A stretch of 64,000 nt of DNA from Patescibacteria group bacterium (lineage in GTDB: Bacteria; Patescibacteriota; Microgenomatia; 2-02-FULL-39-11). Position 1 is the first letter of the stretch. Each line of letters begins with the position of its first letter. The position numbers were made by a program, and so were the translations under genes. The stretch lies in NCBI GenBank assembly GCA_023379265.1, contig JAMCUI010000010.1, positions 200-64,199 of the forward strand. Reading direction: 5' to 3'. The notes beneath the pieces are model-generated. The model ran no database searches and had not been told where the DNA came from. It was given only the letters and a program-made list of their open reading frames with translations. Shown piece by piece: positions 53,924 through 63,102 of the stretch.

Positions 53924-54973
53924 ATGCTTGATTTTCTTTTCGGATTTTTCAGCCACGATTTGGCTATTGACCTTGGTACAGCAAACACACTGGTTTTTGT
54001 CAAAGGGAAAGGGATTGCAATAAGGGAGCCTTCTGTTGTCGCCAGGCATAAAAAAACAAAAAAAATCTTGGCAATTGGGCGTGAAGCCAAAAAAATGGTA
54101 GGGAAAACTCCTACACAGATTGAAGCTTTCAGACCGCTGCGGGGAGGAGTTATAGCCGATTTTGATGCGACAGAGGCAATGCTGAATTATTATATCAATG
54201 TAGTCCATGAAAATCCCAAATCCTTTATACCCAAGATTCCCAGACCGAAAGTAATTCTGGGAATTCCTTCCGGAGTTACTGAAGTGGAAAGAAGAGCGGT
54301 GCAAGATGCGGCTCTTTCTGCAGGCGCCCGGGAAGCATATCTTATCGAAGAGCCTATGGCGGCTGCAATTGGAGCTAATCTTCCTATTGAAGAGGCGCGT
54401 GGGAGCATGGTTGTGGATATTGGAGGAGGGACGACGGAAATTGCAGTAATTTCTCTTGGCGGTATAGTACTCAATAAATCATTAAGGGTTGCCGGAGATC
54501 AGATGGATGACGCGATTGTTTCTTATGTCCGGCTAAAACACTCGCTTCTTTTGGGAGTGACATCTGCTGAGACAGTAAAAATGACTATCGGTAGCGCCTA
54601 CCAGCCTAAAGAGGAAAAACACAGCGTAGTACGAGGAAGGGATTTGGAAAACGGTCTTCCCAAATCAGTCAAGTTGACCGCTAGTGAAGTAAGAGAAGCT
54701 GTTTCACCCACTATAAACCAGATAATTGAATCAATTGATGAAACTGTGGAGGAGATACCCCCGGAGCTTGTAGGTGATGTCCTAGAGCAAGGGATAACGT
54801 TGGCAGGTGGCGGAGCACTTCTTGCAGGCATAGATAAGGTTATTGCTGAGGCTACCAAAATGCCTGTATGGGTGGCTGAAGATCCACTGACCTGTGTCGT
54901 GCGCGGTGCGGCGAAGCTTTTGGATGATGAGAAGTTGCTGGCTAAAGTAAGAGTGACAGGAGGATTAAAATAA
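53924..54973 (+). CDS. mreB: Rod shape-determining protein MreB
   Basis: Actin-fold motifs DLGTANTLVFVKGKG, MVVDIGGGTTEIAVIS and GIVLAGGGALL. 349 aa. Confidence 0.9.
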   Translation: MLDFLFGFFSHDLAIDLGTANTLVFVKGKGIAIREPSVVARHKKTKKILAIGREAKKMVGKTPTQIEAFRPLRGGVIADFDATEAMLNYYINVVHENPKSFIPKIPRPKVILGIPSGVTEVERRAVQDAALSAGAREAYLIEEPMAAAIGANLPIEEARGSMVVDIGGGTTEIAVISLGGIVLNKSLRVAGDQMDDAIVSYVRLKHSLLLGVTSAETVKMTIGSAYQPKEEKHSVVRGRDLENGLPKSVKLTASEVREAVSPTINQIIESIDETVEEIPPELVGDVLEQGITLAGGGALLAGIDKVIAEATKMPVWVAEDPLTCVVRGAAKLLDDEKLLAKVRVTGGLK

Positions 54974-55144
54974 TTTTCCTAAAAAGCTGCTCGTAATGAA
55001 AATTTCCTAAATCGCAAGGACGGGAGATTCTAAAGTATGCTGTTTGAAAAGGAATACCCGCTTTCACTAATCCGGGTTTACAACTGATTATTTTAGTCCT
55101 TCGACTTCGTTTCAGGACTGAGCCTGAGTTTATCGAAGGAAAGT

Positions 55145-55215
55145 ATTTACCCCTCTAATCTGCTTTTTTTCCCGATTAAATCGGGATGCAAACCAGAATA
55201 AGACGGGTATAAAAT
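55145..55215 (+). repeat. Intergenic repeat, copy B (M element plus start of Y), between mreB and mreC
   Basis: acccctctaatctgctttttttcccgattaaatcgggatgcaaaccagaataagacgggtata is about 85% identical to 53652-53718. Confidence 0.65.
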
Positions 55216-55222
55216 ATTTATA

Positions 55223-55990
55223 ATGGTAAAACTTGAACGTATCCATTGGCTTCTTATCATCTCATTTTTCCTTGCTCTTTTTGACTATGCAGGATTTCTG
55301 GTAGGATTGAGGGGGATGACAGTACAGGTGGTATTGCCTGTCAAGCAAAGTGTTTATAATCTGTCATTGGCTGTAAAAAGTCTTGGAGTGGTAATATCGG
55401 AATATCCTCAGATTGCCGATATAGCCCAGAATAATCTAAATCTGAAAAAAACAAACGAAGAGTTAGAGATACAGGTAAAATCATTGACGGATGATAACGC
55501 AAAACTGCGGTCCCAACTAGGCGCGCCGCTACCCCCATCTTTCCAATTTGTGTTAGCGCACGTGGTGTCCGTCTCAAGATATATGGAAGTGGATGTAGGC
55601 ACGAATGAGAATGTAAAACCGGGTATGAGTGTGGTAGACGGTACAAGCCTTGTCGGCCGTGTGTTATCTGTATCCTCAAACCGCAGCCAGATAATATTGC
55701 CGTTTGATCCCGATTTTTCCATACCCGGAAAGACTTCCAGGGCGACAGCCGGACTGGTAGTTGGTCAGGGAAACAATGTGGTAATATTGGATAAAGTGCT
55801 CCAAAAAGATCCTCTTTTTTTGGATGACACTGTTGTGACAAGCGGGGATGGAGGATTGCCGTCAAACCTATTTATAGGAAAAGTTTCCCATATCACTTCT
55901 GATGATGTTTCTCCTTATAAACAGGCTAAAATCAGTCCTGCAATAGATTATTCAAAAGAGACAATGGTGTTTATCATTACTTCCATATGA
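55223..55990 (+). CDS. mreC: Rod shape-determining protein MreC
   Basis: N-terminal TM, coiled-coil (NLKKTNEELEIQVKSLTDDNAKLRSQL), and C-terminal beta domains. Position between mreB and mreD. Confidence 0.7.
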   Translation: MVKLERIHWLLIISFFLALFDYAGFLVGLRGMTVQVVLPVKQSVYNLSLAVKSLGVVISEYPQIADIAQNNLNLKKTNEELEIQVKSLTDDNAKLRSQLGAPLPPSFQFVLAHVVSVSRYMEVDVGTNENVKPGMSVVDGTSLVGRVLSVSSNRSQIILPFDPDFSIPGKTSRATAGLVVGQGNNVVILDKVLQKDPLFLDDTVVTSGDGGLPSNLFIGKVSHITSDDVSPYKQAKISPAIDYSKETMVFIITSI

Positions 55991-56005
55991 GACGATTTAC
56001 TAAAA

Positions 56006-56434
56006 ATGAAAATATTTTTTACTAGCCTGATTCTGTTTCTTGCGATATTGGTGGAATCCGTTCTATTGCCGGTACCAGTTACTCTGATGGCGGTAGTACT
56101 AATTGGTATATTTGTGCCTGAGTTGGCTCCGTTTTATGCCTTTTTTGCTGGACTGGCACTGGATTTATTTCTACCCAGACTTTTGGGAGTCGATGCCGTA
56201 TTTTTTCTCATAGTGATACTGTTGGAACGTCGTTATCAAAGAAAAGTCCATACTGGTCAGATCTTTTTCTATCTAATTTTTCTTCTGGCTACAACCATAG
56301 TTTATAGCATGATATTTTATAAGCAATGGGATCCTGTCAGGTTTGCAGTGATACTGGTTATAAGCGGAGGGTTACTCTATACAGTCTCCAGAATATTGCC
56401 TGAATCAGACAAGCGTAAAAGACTTTCGGTATAA
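56006..56434 (+). CDS. mreD: Rod shape-determining protein MreD
   Basis: 142-aa polytopic membrane protein, positioned between mreC and PBP2. Confidence 0.55.
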   Translation: MKIFFTSLILFLAILVESVLLPVPVTLMAVVLIGIFVPELAPFYAFFAGLALDLFLPRLLGVDAVFFLIVILLERRYQRKVHTGQIFFYLIFLLATTIVYSMIFYKQWDPVRFAVILVISGGLLYTVSRILPESDKRKRLSV

Positions 56435-56437
56435 TTT

Positions 56438-58195
56438 TTGTCAAAACCTATGGCAAATAATCCCTTTGGTAAAATTTTCGGAGAAGAAATAGTCAAAGGC
56501 CAAAAAAGAAGGCTTTACCGGGATAGTTCCCAAAATAGTGAAGCATCTACCGTCGGAAGATATTGGCTTTTTTTAGTGCTTCTTGTTTTATGTCTTGGTT
56601 TGCTGTCGGCGAGACTTTTTAGTCTCACAATTATTGAAGGAAGTCTTTACCGCCGGCTATCTGAAGGTAACCGTATCAGGGAAACGGTGATTGCGGCAGC
56701 GCGAGGCATAATTTATGACCGTAATGGAAACGTCCTGGTACGAAATATCCCGTTTTTCAAAAGCAGAAACGGCCGTGAATTTTTTGAAAACAAGCCTGCG
56801 AGTGTTTCAGGAGGATTGATTGAATCAGTTGCTAGGGATTATGTTTACGGAGATCTCTTTGCCCACGTATTGGGATATACGGGAGAGATAGGAAAAGACG
56901 AACTAGACCAGCTTGCCGACACTGGTAGTTATCAGGTTGGAGACCAGATAGGTAAAATGGGTATTGAGAAGTTTTACGACAGGATACTTCATGGGCGGGA
57001 CGGCAAGGAACTGGTTGAAGTGGACGCAATAGGAAAACCGGTCAGGATTTTGGGAAGGGTAGATCCGGTTGACGGCCAGAATATAAAGCTTGGGTTGGAT
57101 CTGGGACTCCAGCAGGCGGCTTCCGCAAGCATGCAAGGGAAAATCGGAGCAGTAGTAGCAGAAAACCCGCAGACGGGGGAAGTGATGACTCTTTATTCGT
57201 CCCCCACTTTTGACCCCAACGCCTTTGTACGCAACGCCGACTTGTCAAAAATATTTACGGATTCCACACAACCTCTTTTTGACAGAGCAATAGCAGGACA
57301 ATATCCTCCAGGATCCACATTCAAGGTAATTACGGCTTTGTCGGCCCTTGAGACTGGGGCTATTACTCCCCAAACCCAGTTTGAAGATACGGGTATACTG
57401 CAAGTGGGAAAATTCTCTTTCGCCAACTGGTATTTTACACAGTATGGTAAGAAGGAGGGGATGGTAGATGTGGTTAAAGCAATAAAAAGGTCAAACGATA
57501 TATTTTTCTATAAGACGGGGGAGGCAATAGGGATTGAGAGGCTAGCCGATTGGGCCAAAAAAATGGGTTTGGGAAAGCCTCTTGGGATTGACATACCAGG
57601 GGAAATGCCGGGACTTATGCCTGATCCTATGTGGTTGCAGAAGACAAGGGGAGAGGATTGGTATTTGGGCAATTCCTACCATGTGGCTATCGGCCAGGGG
57701 GACATATTGACTACGCCCCTCCAGATTAATGCATGGACGAACATAGTTGCCAACGGAGGCAAACTTTGCACACCTCATATTTTGACCACCGATAAAAATT
57801 CGGGTAAATATTGCAAAGATGTGGGTATAAAAAGCGAATATATAGATCTTGTGCGGGAAGGGATGAAAGAAGCGTGTGCCACTGGCGGCACTGGCTGGCC
57901 TCTTTTTGATTTCAAGGTCCAGTCGGAGAAACTTAAGCCTGATGGGTTGGATTTTTTTGAGGCGCCGGAAGCAACTATATCCGGAAAACCTTGGGTATCC
58001 ATACCGACCGCCTGCAAGACGGGTACTGCTGAATATGGTGATCCACAAGGACGTACCCACGCACTTTTTACCGTATTTGCTCCTGTTAACCATCCGCAAA
58101 TTTCCGTGACAGTGGTGGTGGAGGGTGGAGGCGAGGGTTCAAACGTCGCCGCCCCGGTAGCCAAGAATCTTTTAGAAAACTGGTTTGAAAGATAA
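56438..58195 (+). CDS. mrdA: Penicillin-binding protein 2 (class B transpeptidase)
   Basis: N-terminal TM, dimerisation domain, and transpeptidase motifs STFKVITA (SxxK), SND (SxN) and KTGTA (KTG). 585 aa. Confidence 0.85.
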   Translation: MSKPMANNPFGKIFGEEIVKGQKRRLYRDSSQNSEASTVGRYWLFLVLLVLCLGLLSARLFSLTIIEGSLYRRLSEGNRIRETVIAAARGIIYDRNGNVLVRNIPFFKSRNGREFFENKPASVSGGLIESVARDYVYGDLFAHVLGYTGEIGKDELDQLADTGSYQVGDQIGKMGIEKFYDRILHGRDGKELVEVDAIGKPVRILGRVDPVDGQNIKLGLDLGLQQAASASMQGKIGAVVAENPQTGEVMTLYSSPTFDPNAFVRNADLSKIFTDSTQPLFDRAIAGQYPPGSTFKVITALSALETGAITPQTQFEDTGILQVGKFSFANWYFTQYGKKEGMVDVVKAIKRSNDIFFYKTGEAIGIERLADWAKKMGLGKPLGIDIPGEMPGLMPDPMWLQKTRGEDWYLGNSYHVAIGQGDILTTPLQINAWTNIVANGGKLCTPHILTTDKNSGKYCKDVGIKSEYIDLVREGMKEACATGGTGWPLFDFKVQSEKLKPDGLDFFEAPEATISGKPWVSIPTACKTGTAEYGDPQGRTHALFTVFAPVNHPQISVTVVVEGGGEGSNVAAPVAKNLLENWFER

Positions 58196-58284
58196 AATAC
58201 TTCAATATTTCCTATTCTGACCTATTTTTATACTTTTAGAGCGCTTGTCTAAATCTATAAAATTGTTGTATCCTTTGACCGGCC

Positions 58285-58334
58285 GGACAATTCAGACTAT
58301 AGGCGGTCTGAAACTTGTCCTGACTTTTTCTTTC
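58285..58334 (+). terminator. Rho-independent terminator-like hairpin downstream of mrdA
   Basis: ggacaattcagac / gtctgaaacttgtcc forms a ~13-bp stem, followed by tgactttttctttc. Confidence 0.4.
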
Positions 58335-58490
58335 AATGACAAAAACAGGCAGTTTGCGCCTGTTTATTGTCGGGTGCACATTAAAATTTCGCGGAAAAAG
58401 TGTTTGAGATAACGGGTAGAAAGAAGATCACGGTCTTTTTTCTCTCCGTTATCTCAACGAGAAAAAACTATCACGAAAGGGGTGAGATTG

Positions 58491-58679
58491 ATGAGTTTGC
58501 TGAAGATAGTAAAAGAGTTTTACACAACGGTTGTCGAGGGACATAAATGCGGAAAGGAGGCGATGAGACGTTGTATCATATGTGACCAACCGGTTTGTGC
58601 AGAGCATCTTCGAGGCCAAGTTTATTGCCTCGATTGTGTGCCACGTGCACAGACACCGGCTCCACCATCGGCTGGATAA
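58491..58679 (+). CDS. Small zinc-ribbon-like protein (4 Cys: CIICDQPVC...CLDC)
   Basis: SD aaagggg precedes ATG 58491. The product has a CxxC...CxxC arrangement. The track ORF starts at 58482. Confidence 0.35.
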   Translation: MSLLKIVKEFYTTVVEGHKCGKEAMRRCIICDQPVCAEHLRGQVYCLDCVPRAQTPAPPSAG

Positions 58680-58702
58680 CAAATAAAGAAGGGAGTAGTC
58701 AA

Positions 58703-58912
58703 ATGGCAGTGGAAGATGCAAGAGTAAAAAGGGCTAAGAAAGCCATTGAGGAGTGGTTGAACAGTAAGAGTTACGGCGGGATATCAGACTGGAGTGGAAA
58801 GTTTTCCTACAACCAGTATAGGGAATCTGGTGGTTCTCTAATCTTTGATGCCTCCAATCCCGTCGGCAGTTTCTCTTACAACCTTACATCAGGAGAAGTA
58901 AAGAAACTTTAA
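58703..58912 (+). CDS. Small hypothetical protein (69 aa)
   Basis: SD gaaggga precedes ATG 58703 (MAVEDARVKRAKKAIEEW...). It overlaps the end of the zinc-ribbon ORF in another frame. Confidence 0.3.
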   Translation: MAVEDARVKRAKKAIEEWLNSKSYGGISDWSGKFSYNQYRESGGSLIFDASNPVGSFSYNLTSGEVKKL

Positions 58913-59036
58913 CAAGTGAAACTGCATTTCCGCGAAAACTGAATATTGGTACGTCCGCCGGACAGGTGAGATGAGAGAGTGTGAGTCTTTACTCATGCAA
59001 CAACTTTTTTTATCTGTCCGGCAATTTTCAACCCGG

Positions 59037-59723
59037 CTAATTAATTACGACAACCTTTTCTTCTTGTAGGAAATGTTCGTCAAGTCCTCCATCTCTTCCG
59101 ATTACATCAGCAAAAAAACTGATAAAAAGAGGTGTTGAAAGACGGCTGCCGTAATAAGGAAATCTCCAGTTTCTACTTCTTTCCAGGTCCAGTCTGACCG
59201 GGTCACTCCTAGTTCTGATTTCGTGAGGAATCTGGCCACTAACCATTCCTGATATTCTGTTGGCACTTATCGGATTTTCGGTCTGCCTAGCTTGGTAAAC
59301 TGCGCATGCTTTCAAAGTCTGATATGACTCATCCAATGTCTCCTGACCCCGATTTTGCGTGTGTGTCCTAAGTAACATTTGCTGTCCCAGAAGGGCATCC
59401 TGAGCAAAAAAAGCATTCGCAAATACATTTAATTCATGGGGTTGAGGTTCTTGTAATCCTTCTGTCATTATTGGTGCAGCAGCTGAGGGGAGAAGGGGAA
59501 AGTTTTCAAAACCGGGAATACCTGTCAAATGATGCCTGCAAAAATGCAAGATAAAGTTTGGGGCATACTGTCTGCGTTTTACCGCTGTGGTTAGGTTTCT
59601 ATGCTCCCAAGTATTTAACGCTGTTTCTCCTAATCCCAGCATACTGATTTCATCCAATGATTGGGCAACTGCAGGATAGGCTAATAATTCCTGATATGGC
59701 TTTCTTCTTTCGGGATCGCTCAT
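59037..59723 (-). CDS. Hypothetical protein (228 aa)
   Basis: ORF only, with no recognised motif. It sits between convergent and divergent neighbours. Confidence 0.4.
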   Translation of the reverse strand: MSDPERRKPYQELLAYPAVAQSLDEISMLGLGETALNTWEHRNLTTAVKRRQYAPNFILHFCRHHLTGIPGFENFPLLPSAAAPIMTEGLQEPQPHELNVFANAFFAQDALLGQQMLLRTHTQNRGQETLDESYQTLKACAVYQARQTENPISANRISGMVSGQIPHEIRTRSDPVRLDLERSRNWRFPYYGSRLSTPLFISFFADVIGRDGGLDEHFLQEEKVVVIN

Positions 59724-59852
59724 GAATTAGTTCAAAGACACAGATAATGTTTATTTATGGAGTTATCTTGTAAGACCCATCGGAATAATAATGGCGGGAT
59801 TATACAGCAACTCAGCCGGAAATCAAAAATTTTCCTTTTGGGAGTATGGTTT

Positions 59853-61412
59853 TTAGGGTAAGATGGTTTGTGCCAAATGCAGAAGATTTGTAATGAAAGT
59901 GTTTACCGTTGATTTGGCAGAGTCCACTGTTTTTTTAATATCTATTATGGGGACGGTGGTAGGTATTGGTGATGGGAGGGTGGTTGGTTGATTGGCAGAA
60001 GGTTGTTTGCTGCCGGTATCTGCACCAGATGATGGAGATTGACTGTTGTTTCCTCCATTCTGTGCCGCCGGAATTGTAGGAGGAAGATAGTAGGTGATAG
60101 GAGGATTAAAGCCAACTGCCGGAGGATTGGTTGGTTCGGCAGGATTGGTATAGATGGATGTGGGGGCAGGGCCATTGGGAGGATTAGTGTTATCACCTAC
60201 CCATGGTGTGGGATTCCACGTTGAATTATTATTGTTGTCAGGAGATTGATTATTGTTATTTGGACTTGAGGTGGGTGCCGGCGGTTGTGAATTAAGTTGT
60301 GAAGACATTTGAGTTATGAAGCTTGTGCAGGTTGAAGATGATCCGTCAGCACAGGGACCGCCATATGTCCCCAGGTCTTTTCCGCCGGGAATACTCGGAT
60401 CTCCTGCGCCGATAGCGGGGGAACCTGTTTTCAGACTATAGTTTCCACCCCAGCCGCGCCAGCCTGATTGGTCGTTGGCGGCAACATCAAGCAAGGGGTC
60501 AGCAGCGATTTTTCCCGTAAAATCGGTACAATATTCATGATTATCATAACAGGGATGATTGTTTTTCCACAGTAAATCGTAGGCAATGTGTTGGTTTTTA
60601 AACTGGGTGACAGTATCAGGACAATTGCCGTAAATCCATCCGGCGCCGATTGTCAACTCATCATCAACAACGATATTATTTACAAAATCCATAGGGGGAA
60701 TATTCTGGTTACAGTCGGCGTTTATCGCTTTGGATCCGGAAAAAGTATTGTTGTAAACCATGACTTTTACCGCATTGTCCGTTGTAACACCGATATTGTT
60801 GATCCAGAAATCATTTACTGCCAGGATTGATGATCCTTTTGTGAGGATAAGTCCTCCTTGATCGTTGCCATCTACAAGGCTGTTTTTGAGAATCAGATTA
60901 GTATTTTTTAGTATAAGACCTCTTCCCTGAAATTCCTTGATATGAAGACTATCAATTGTAACTGTTCCTCCTGTACTGCAGATTCCGGCTCGATGGACAT
61001 AATCGTTGGGTTTGCTGTGTCCCTCACCGTAGAGGACAGAGCCGACAAATTCTCCAAACGGACTGCCTTCGCCTTTCAGTGTCAGGCTTTTGCCTCGCAG
61101 ATCCAAAAAACAGCCGGATGTGCCCCATCCCACGGCAACGGGTGTTTCCTGGGGACCGGAATAAGTACCCTTGCCTATTATTATAGTGTCACCGTTTTGG
61201 GCGGCATCCACTGCCTGCTGGAGTCCGGCCGGTCCGGCATAATCGCAGCCTGCTGCGGCTTGCGCACAGACTGTTTTGGTACCGGGGGCGGCGGCTTTGG
61301 AGCGTATTTCGATGCTTTTTTCTTTGGGTAAAAGAATCTGCATAGCAAGAGCAGAGAAGACTATAAGTATCATCGATAAAAAAATAAATTTTGGAGAGTC
61401 AGGATTATGCAT
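59853..61412 (-). CDS. Secreted right-handed parallel beta-helix (pectin-lyase-fold) protein with a Pro/Thr/Asn-rich linker and a conserved C-terminal tail
   Basis: Signal peptide. Beta-helix repeats (NNIGVTTDNAVKVMVYNNTFSGSKAINADCNQNIPP...). The linker is NPPAVGFNPPITYYLPPTIP. The tail is SPIPTTVPIIDIKKTVDSAKSTVNTFITNLLHLAQTILP. Confidence 0.6.
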   Translation of the reverse strand: MHNPDSPKFIFLSMILIVFSALAMQILLPKEKSIEIRSKAAAPGTKTVCAQAAAGCDYAGPAGLQQAVDAAQNGDTIIIGKGTYSGPQETPVAVGWGTSGCFLDLRGKSLTLKGEGSPFGEFVGSVLYGEGHSKPNDYVHRAGICSTGGTVTIDSLHIKEFQGRGLILKNTNLILKNSLVDGNDQGGLILTKGSSILAVNDFWINNIGVTTDNAVKVMVYNNTFSGSKAINADCNQNIPPMDFVNNIVVDDELTIGAGWIYGNCPDTVTQFKNQHIAYDLLWKNNHPCYDNHEYCTDFTGKIAADPLLDVAANDQSGWRGWGGNYSLKTGSPAIGAGDPSIPGGKDLGTYGGPCADGSSSTCTSFITQMSSQLNSQPPAPTSSPNNNNQSPDNNNNSTWNPTPWVGDNTNPPNGPAPTSIYTNPAEPTNPPAVGFNPPITYYLPPTIPAAQNGGNNSQSPSSGADTGSKQPSANQPTTLPSPIPTTVPIIDIKKTVDSAKSTVNTFITNLLHLAQTILP

Positions 61413-61415
61413 GAT

Positions 61416-62861
61416 TTACGGCAATATCACTCTAGTAAATTTTATCAGCGAACTGAATATATCAAAGAGAATCATTCTTGTATTTTTTACTGTCTTGCCG
61501 ATATCTATTATAGGCGCAGGAGTGGGAATAGGAGAAGGAGTGAATGTGGGGGTCTGTGAAGGTTGGGGAGGGATTGTTGCGGCAGGAGCAGTTGTAGGCC
61601 GGATCATTTGGGGCGGGGGAGATAATTGTATGGGTAAAGAAACAACAGGTTGGGGTTGTGGAGTTGGCGATGGTAATACTGAGGTTGGTAAAGGAAGATT
61701 AGTGGGAGCAGGTGGAATGTTGGTAGGTTGCCAAACAACTTGCGTTGGTGGATTTGTGGGAGGTGGAGGTGAGGAGGGAAGTGGATTGTTTGCCGGTTGG
61801 CCACCCAGATAATTTGACAGCCAGGAAGCGATGGGATCTACATTGAAGGATTTCCAGTCGGAGTTGTTTCCAATTTGGAAAAGGGTAACTCCCAAAATAT
61901 ATGGATCCTGTTTTATCTGTCCGTCATACCATTGCAGCCAGTCTTCAAATTTTGACGCATCACCTCTGGCGTTCCAACCGTCAGTTTGACCATTGCCACT
62001 CTTGTCCACTCCGCCTTCAGTCAAAATCATGGGCATATCCGAAAGGTCAGGCGCGTTTTGCCGGAAATAATCATAAAAAGAGCGGTATCTGAGAGACGTC
62101 CAGTTTTCCTGGTTTACATCAGTGGTATAGTCCAGGGAGTAAGCATGATAGCTCCAGACTCCTCCAAGTTGTTTTATCTCCCGAAGGGCTGGTACGAGTG
62201 GTCCGAGAAGGTCCGGCCCCAGGTTGCCGACAGGTATTTCTCCCATATCGGGTTTGAAGCCGTTTTGAGACATAATTTCCGACAGCTTCTCCCAGAATTT
62301 GGCCGTCCAGTCGGCTGTTGTCTGGGAATTGATAATTGGTGTATTGCCGTATTCATTGGGTCCAGCAAGATAGGTAATAAGTTGTTTATCGGCAGATGAG
62401 AGTTTGGCTGTGGCAGGCCCTAAAAGTTTATTCCAAAAATCCTGAGCTGACTCTCCCGGATCGTTTGAAACTCCATAAACAGGTGCATCACCTTCATAGA
62501 CGCGCATAACTACAATCCCGTCCGGATAAGAGTTTTTGTAATCTCTGACTATATTCATTAGTGACGAATCATTTTGTGGGTCTATCACTTTTATGACGCG
62601 CGGTCCGGCGTGAGCAATAGTTTCTCCTCCGCCAGAGGCTCCAAGATAAAAGACGCCGATTTTGCTCGTGGATAGAAGAGAGGTTGAATATGTGTTTAGA
62701 GTTTTTGGTAAGTCTTTTGATTTGGCTTGTGAGGAGGTGAGTTGTGGGTATTGAGCGGCCCAGAATACCAAAGGCAGGAGAAGAAGGGATAATAATGTCA
62801 GGTAAACCTTGAAAAAGCTGCTTCTATGAAAACGGCGTATCTGTTTTTTCTTTTTTCTCAT
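61416..62861 (-). CDS. Secreted glycoside-hydrolase-like (clan GH-A TIM barrel) protein with a long Pro-rich linker and the same conserved C-terminal tail. The true start is probably ATG 62861.
   Basis: Signal peptide (MRKKKKQIRRF...LLSLLLLPLVFWAAQ). GPNEYG (acid/base-like) and ILTEGGVD (nucleophile-like) motifs. The linker is PLPSSPPPPTNPPTQ...PQPSQTPTFTPSPIPTPA. The tail is PIIDIGKTVKNTRMILFDIFSSLIKFTRVILP. The track ORF extends to a TTG at 62945. Confidence 0.55.
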   Translation of the reverse strand: MRKKKKQIRRFHRSSFFKVYLTLLSLLLLPLVFWAAQYPQLTSSQAKSKDLPKTLNTYSTSLLSTSKIGVFYLGASGGGETIAHAGPRVIKVIDPQNDSSLMNIVRDYKNSYPDGIVVMRVYEGDAPVYGVSNDPGESAQDFWNKLLGPATAKLSSADKQLITYLAGPNEYGNTPIINSQTTADWTAKFWEKLSEIMSQNGFKPDMGEIPVGNLGPDLLGPLVPALREIKQLGGVWSYHAYSLDYTTDVNQENWTSLRYRSFYDYFRQNAPDLSDMPMILTEGGVDKSGNGQTDGWNARGDASKFEDWLQWYDGQIKQDPYILGVTLFQIGNNSDWKSFNVDPIASWLSNYLGGQPANNPLPSSPPPPTNPPTQVVWQPTNIPPAPTNLPLPTSVLPSPTPQPQPVVSLPIQLSPPPQMIRPTTAPAATIPPQPSQTPTFTPSPIPTPAPIIDIGKTVKNTRMILFDIFSSLIKFTRVILP

Positions 62862-62918
62862 GTTTGGAAGTACACCTATTAATGTATTTATATATATTAC
62901 TGGGCCTGCAAAGGTAGT

Positions 62919-63047
62919 GTATACTTCTTGCGTTTGAAAATGCAATCATTATATATACTTTTAGAAGCTATCTCAAAATCTCATTTTCAAGCCTGAAGGA
63001 ATAATATAATCCGAAGCTAAAAACAGGATATACCCATCTTACTCCGG
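62919..63047. repeat. Intergenic repeat, copy C: X' (62919-62958, direct) immediately followed by Y in inverted orientation (62959-63047)
   Basis: 62959-63045 is the reverse complement of 53701-53786 with near-perfect identity. X' is about 85% identical to 53554-53590. Confidence 0.75.
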
Positions 63048-63102
63048 AATAGGTTTGTTGTATAAATTACTTACAAAATCCAGTTGGACGGGTATAAATA
63101 AG

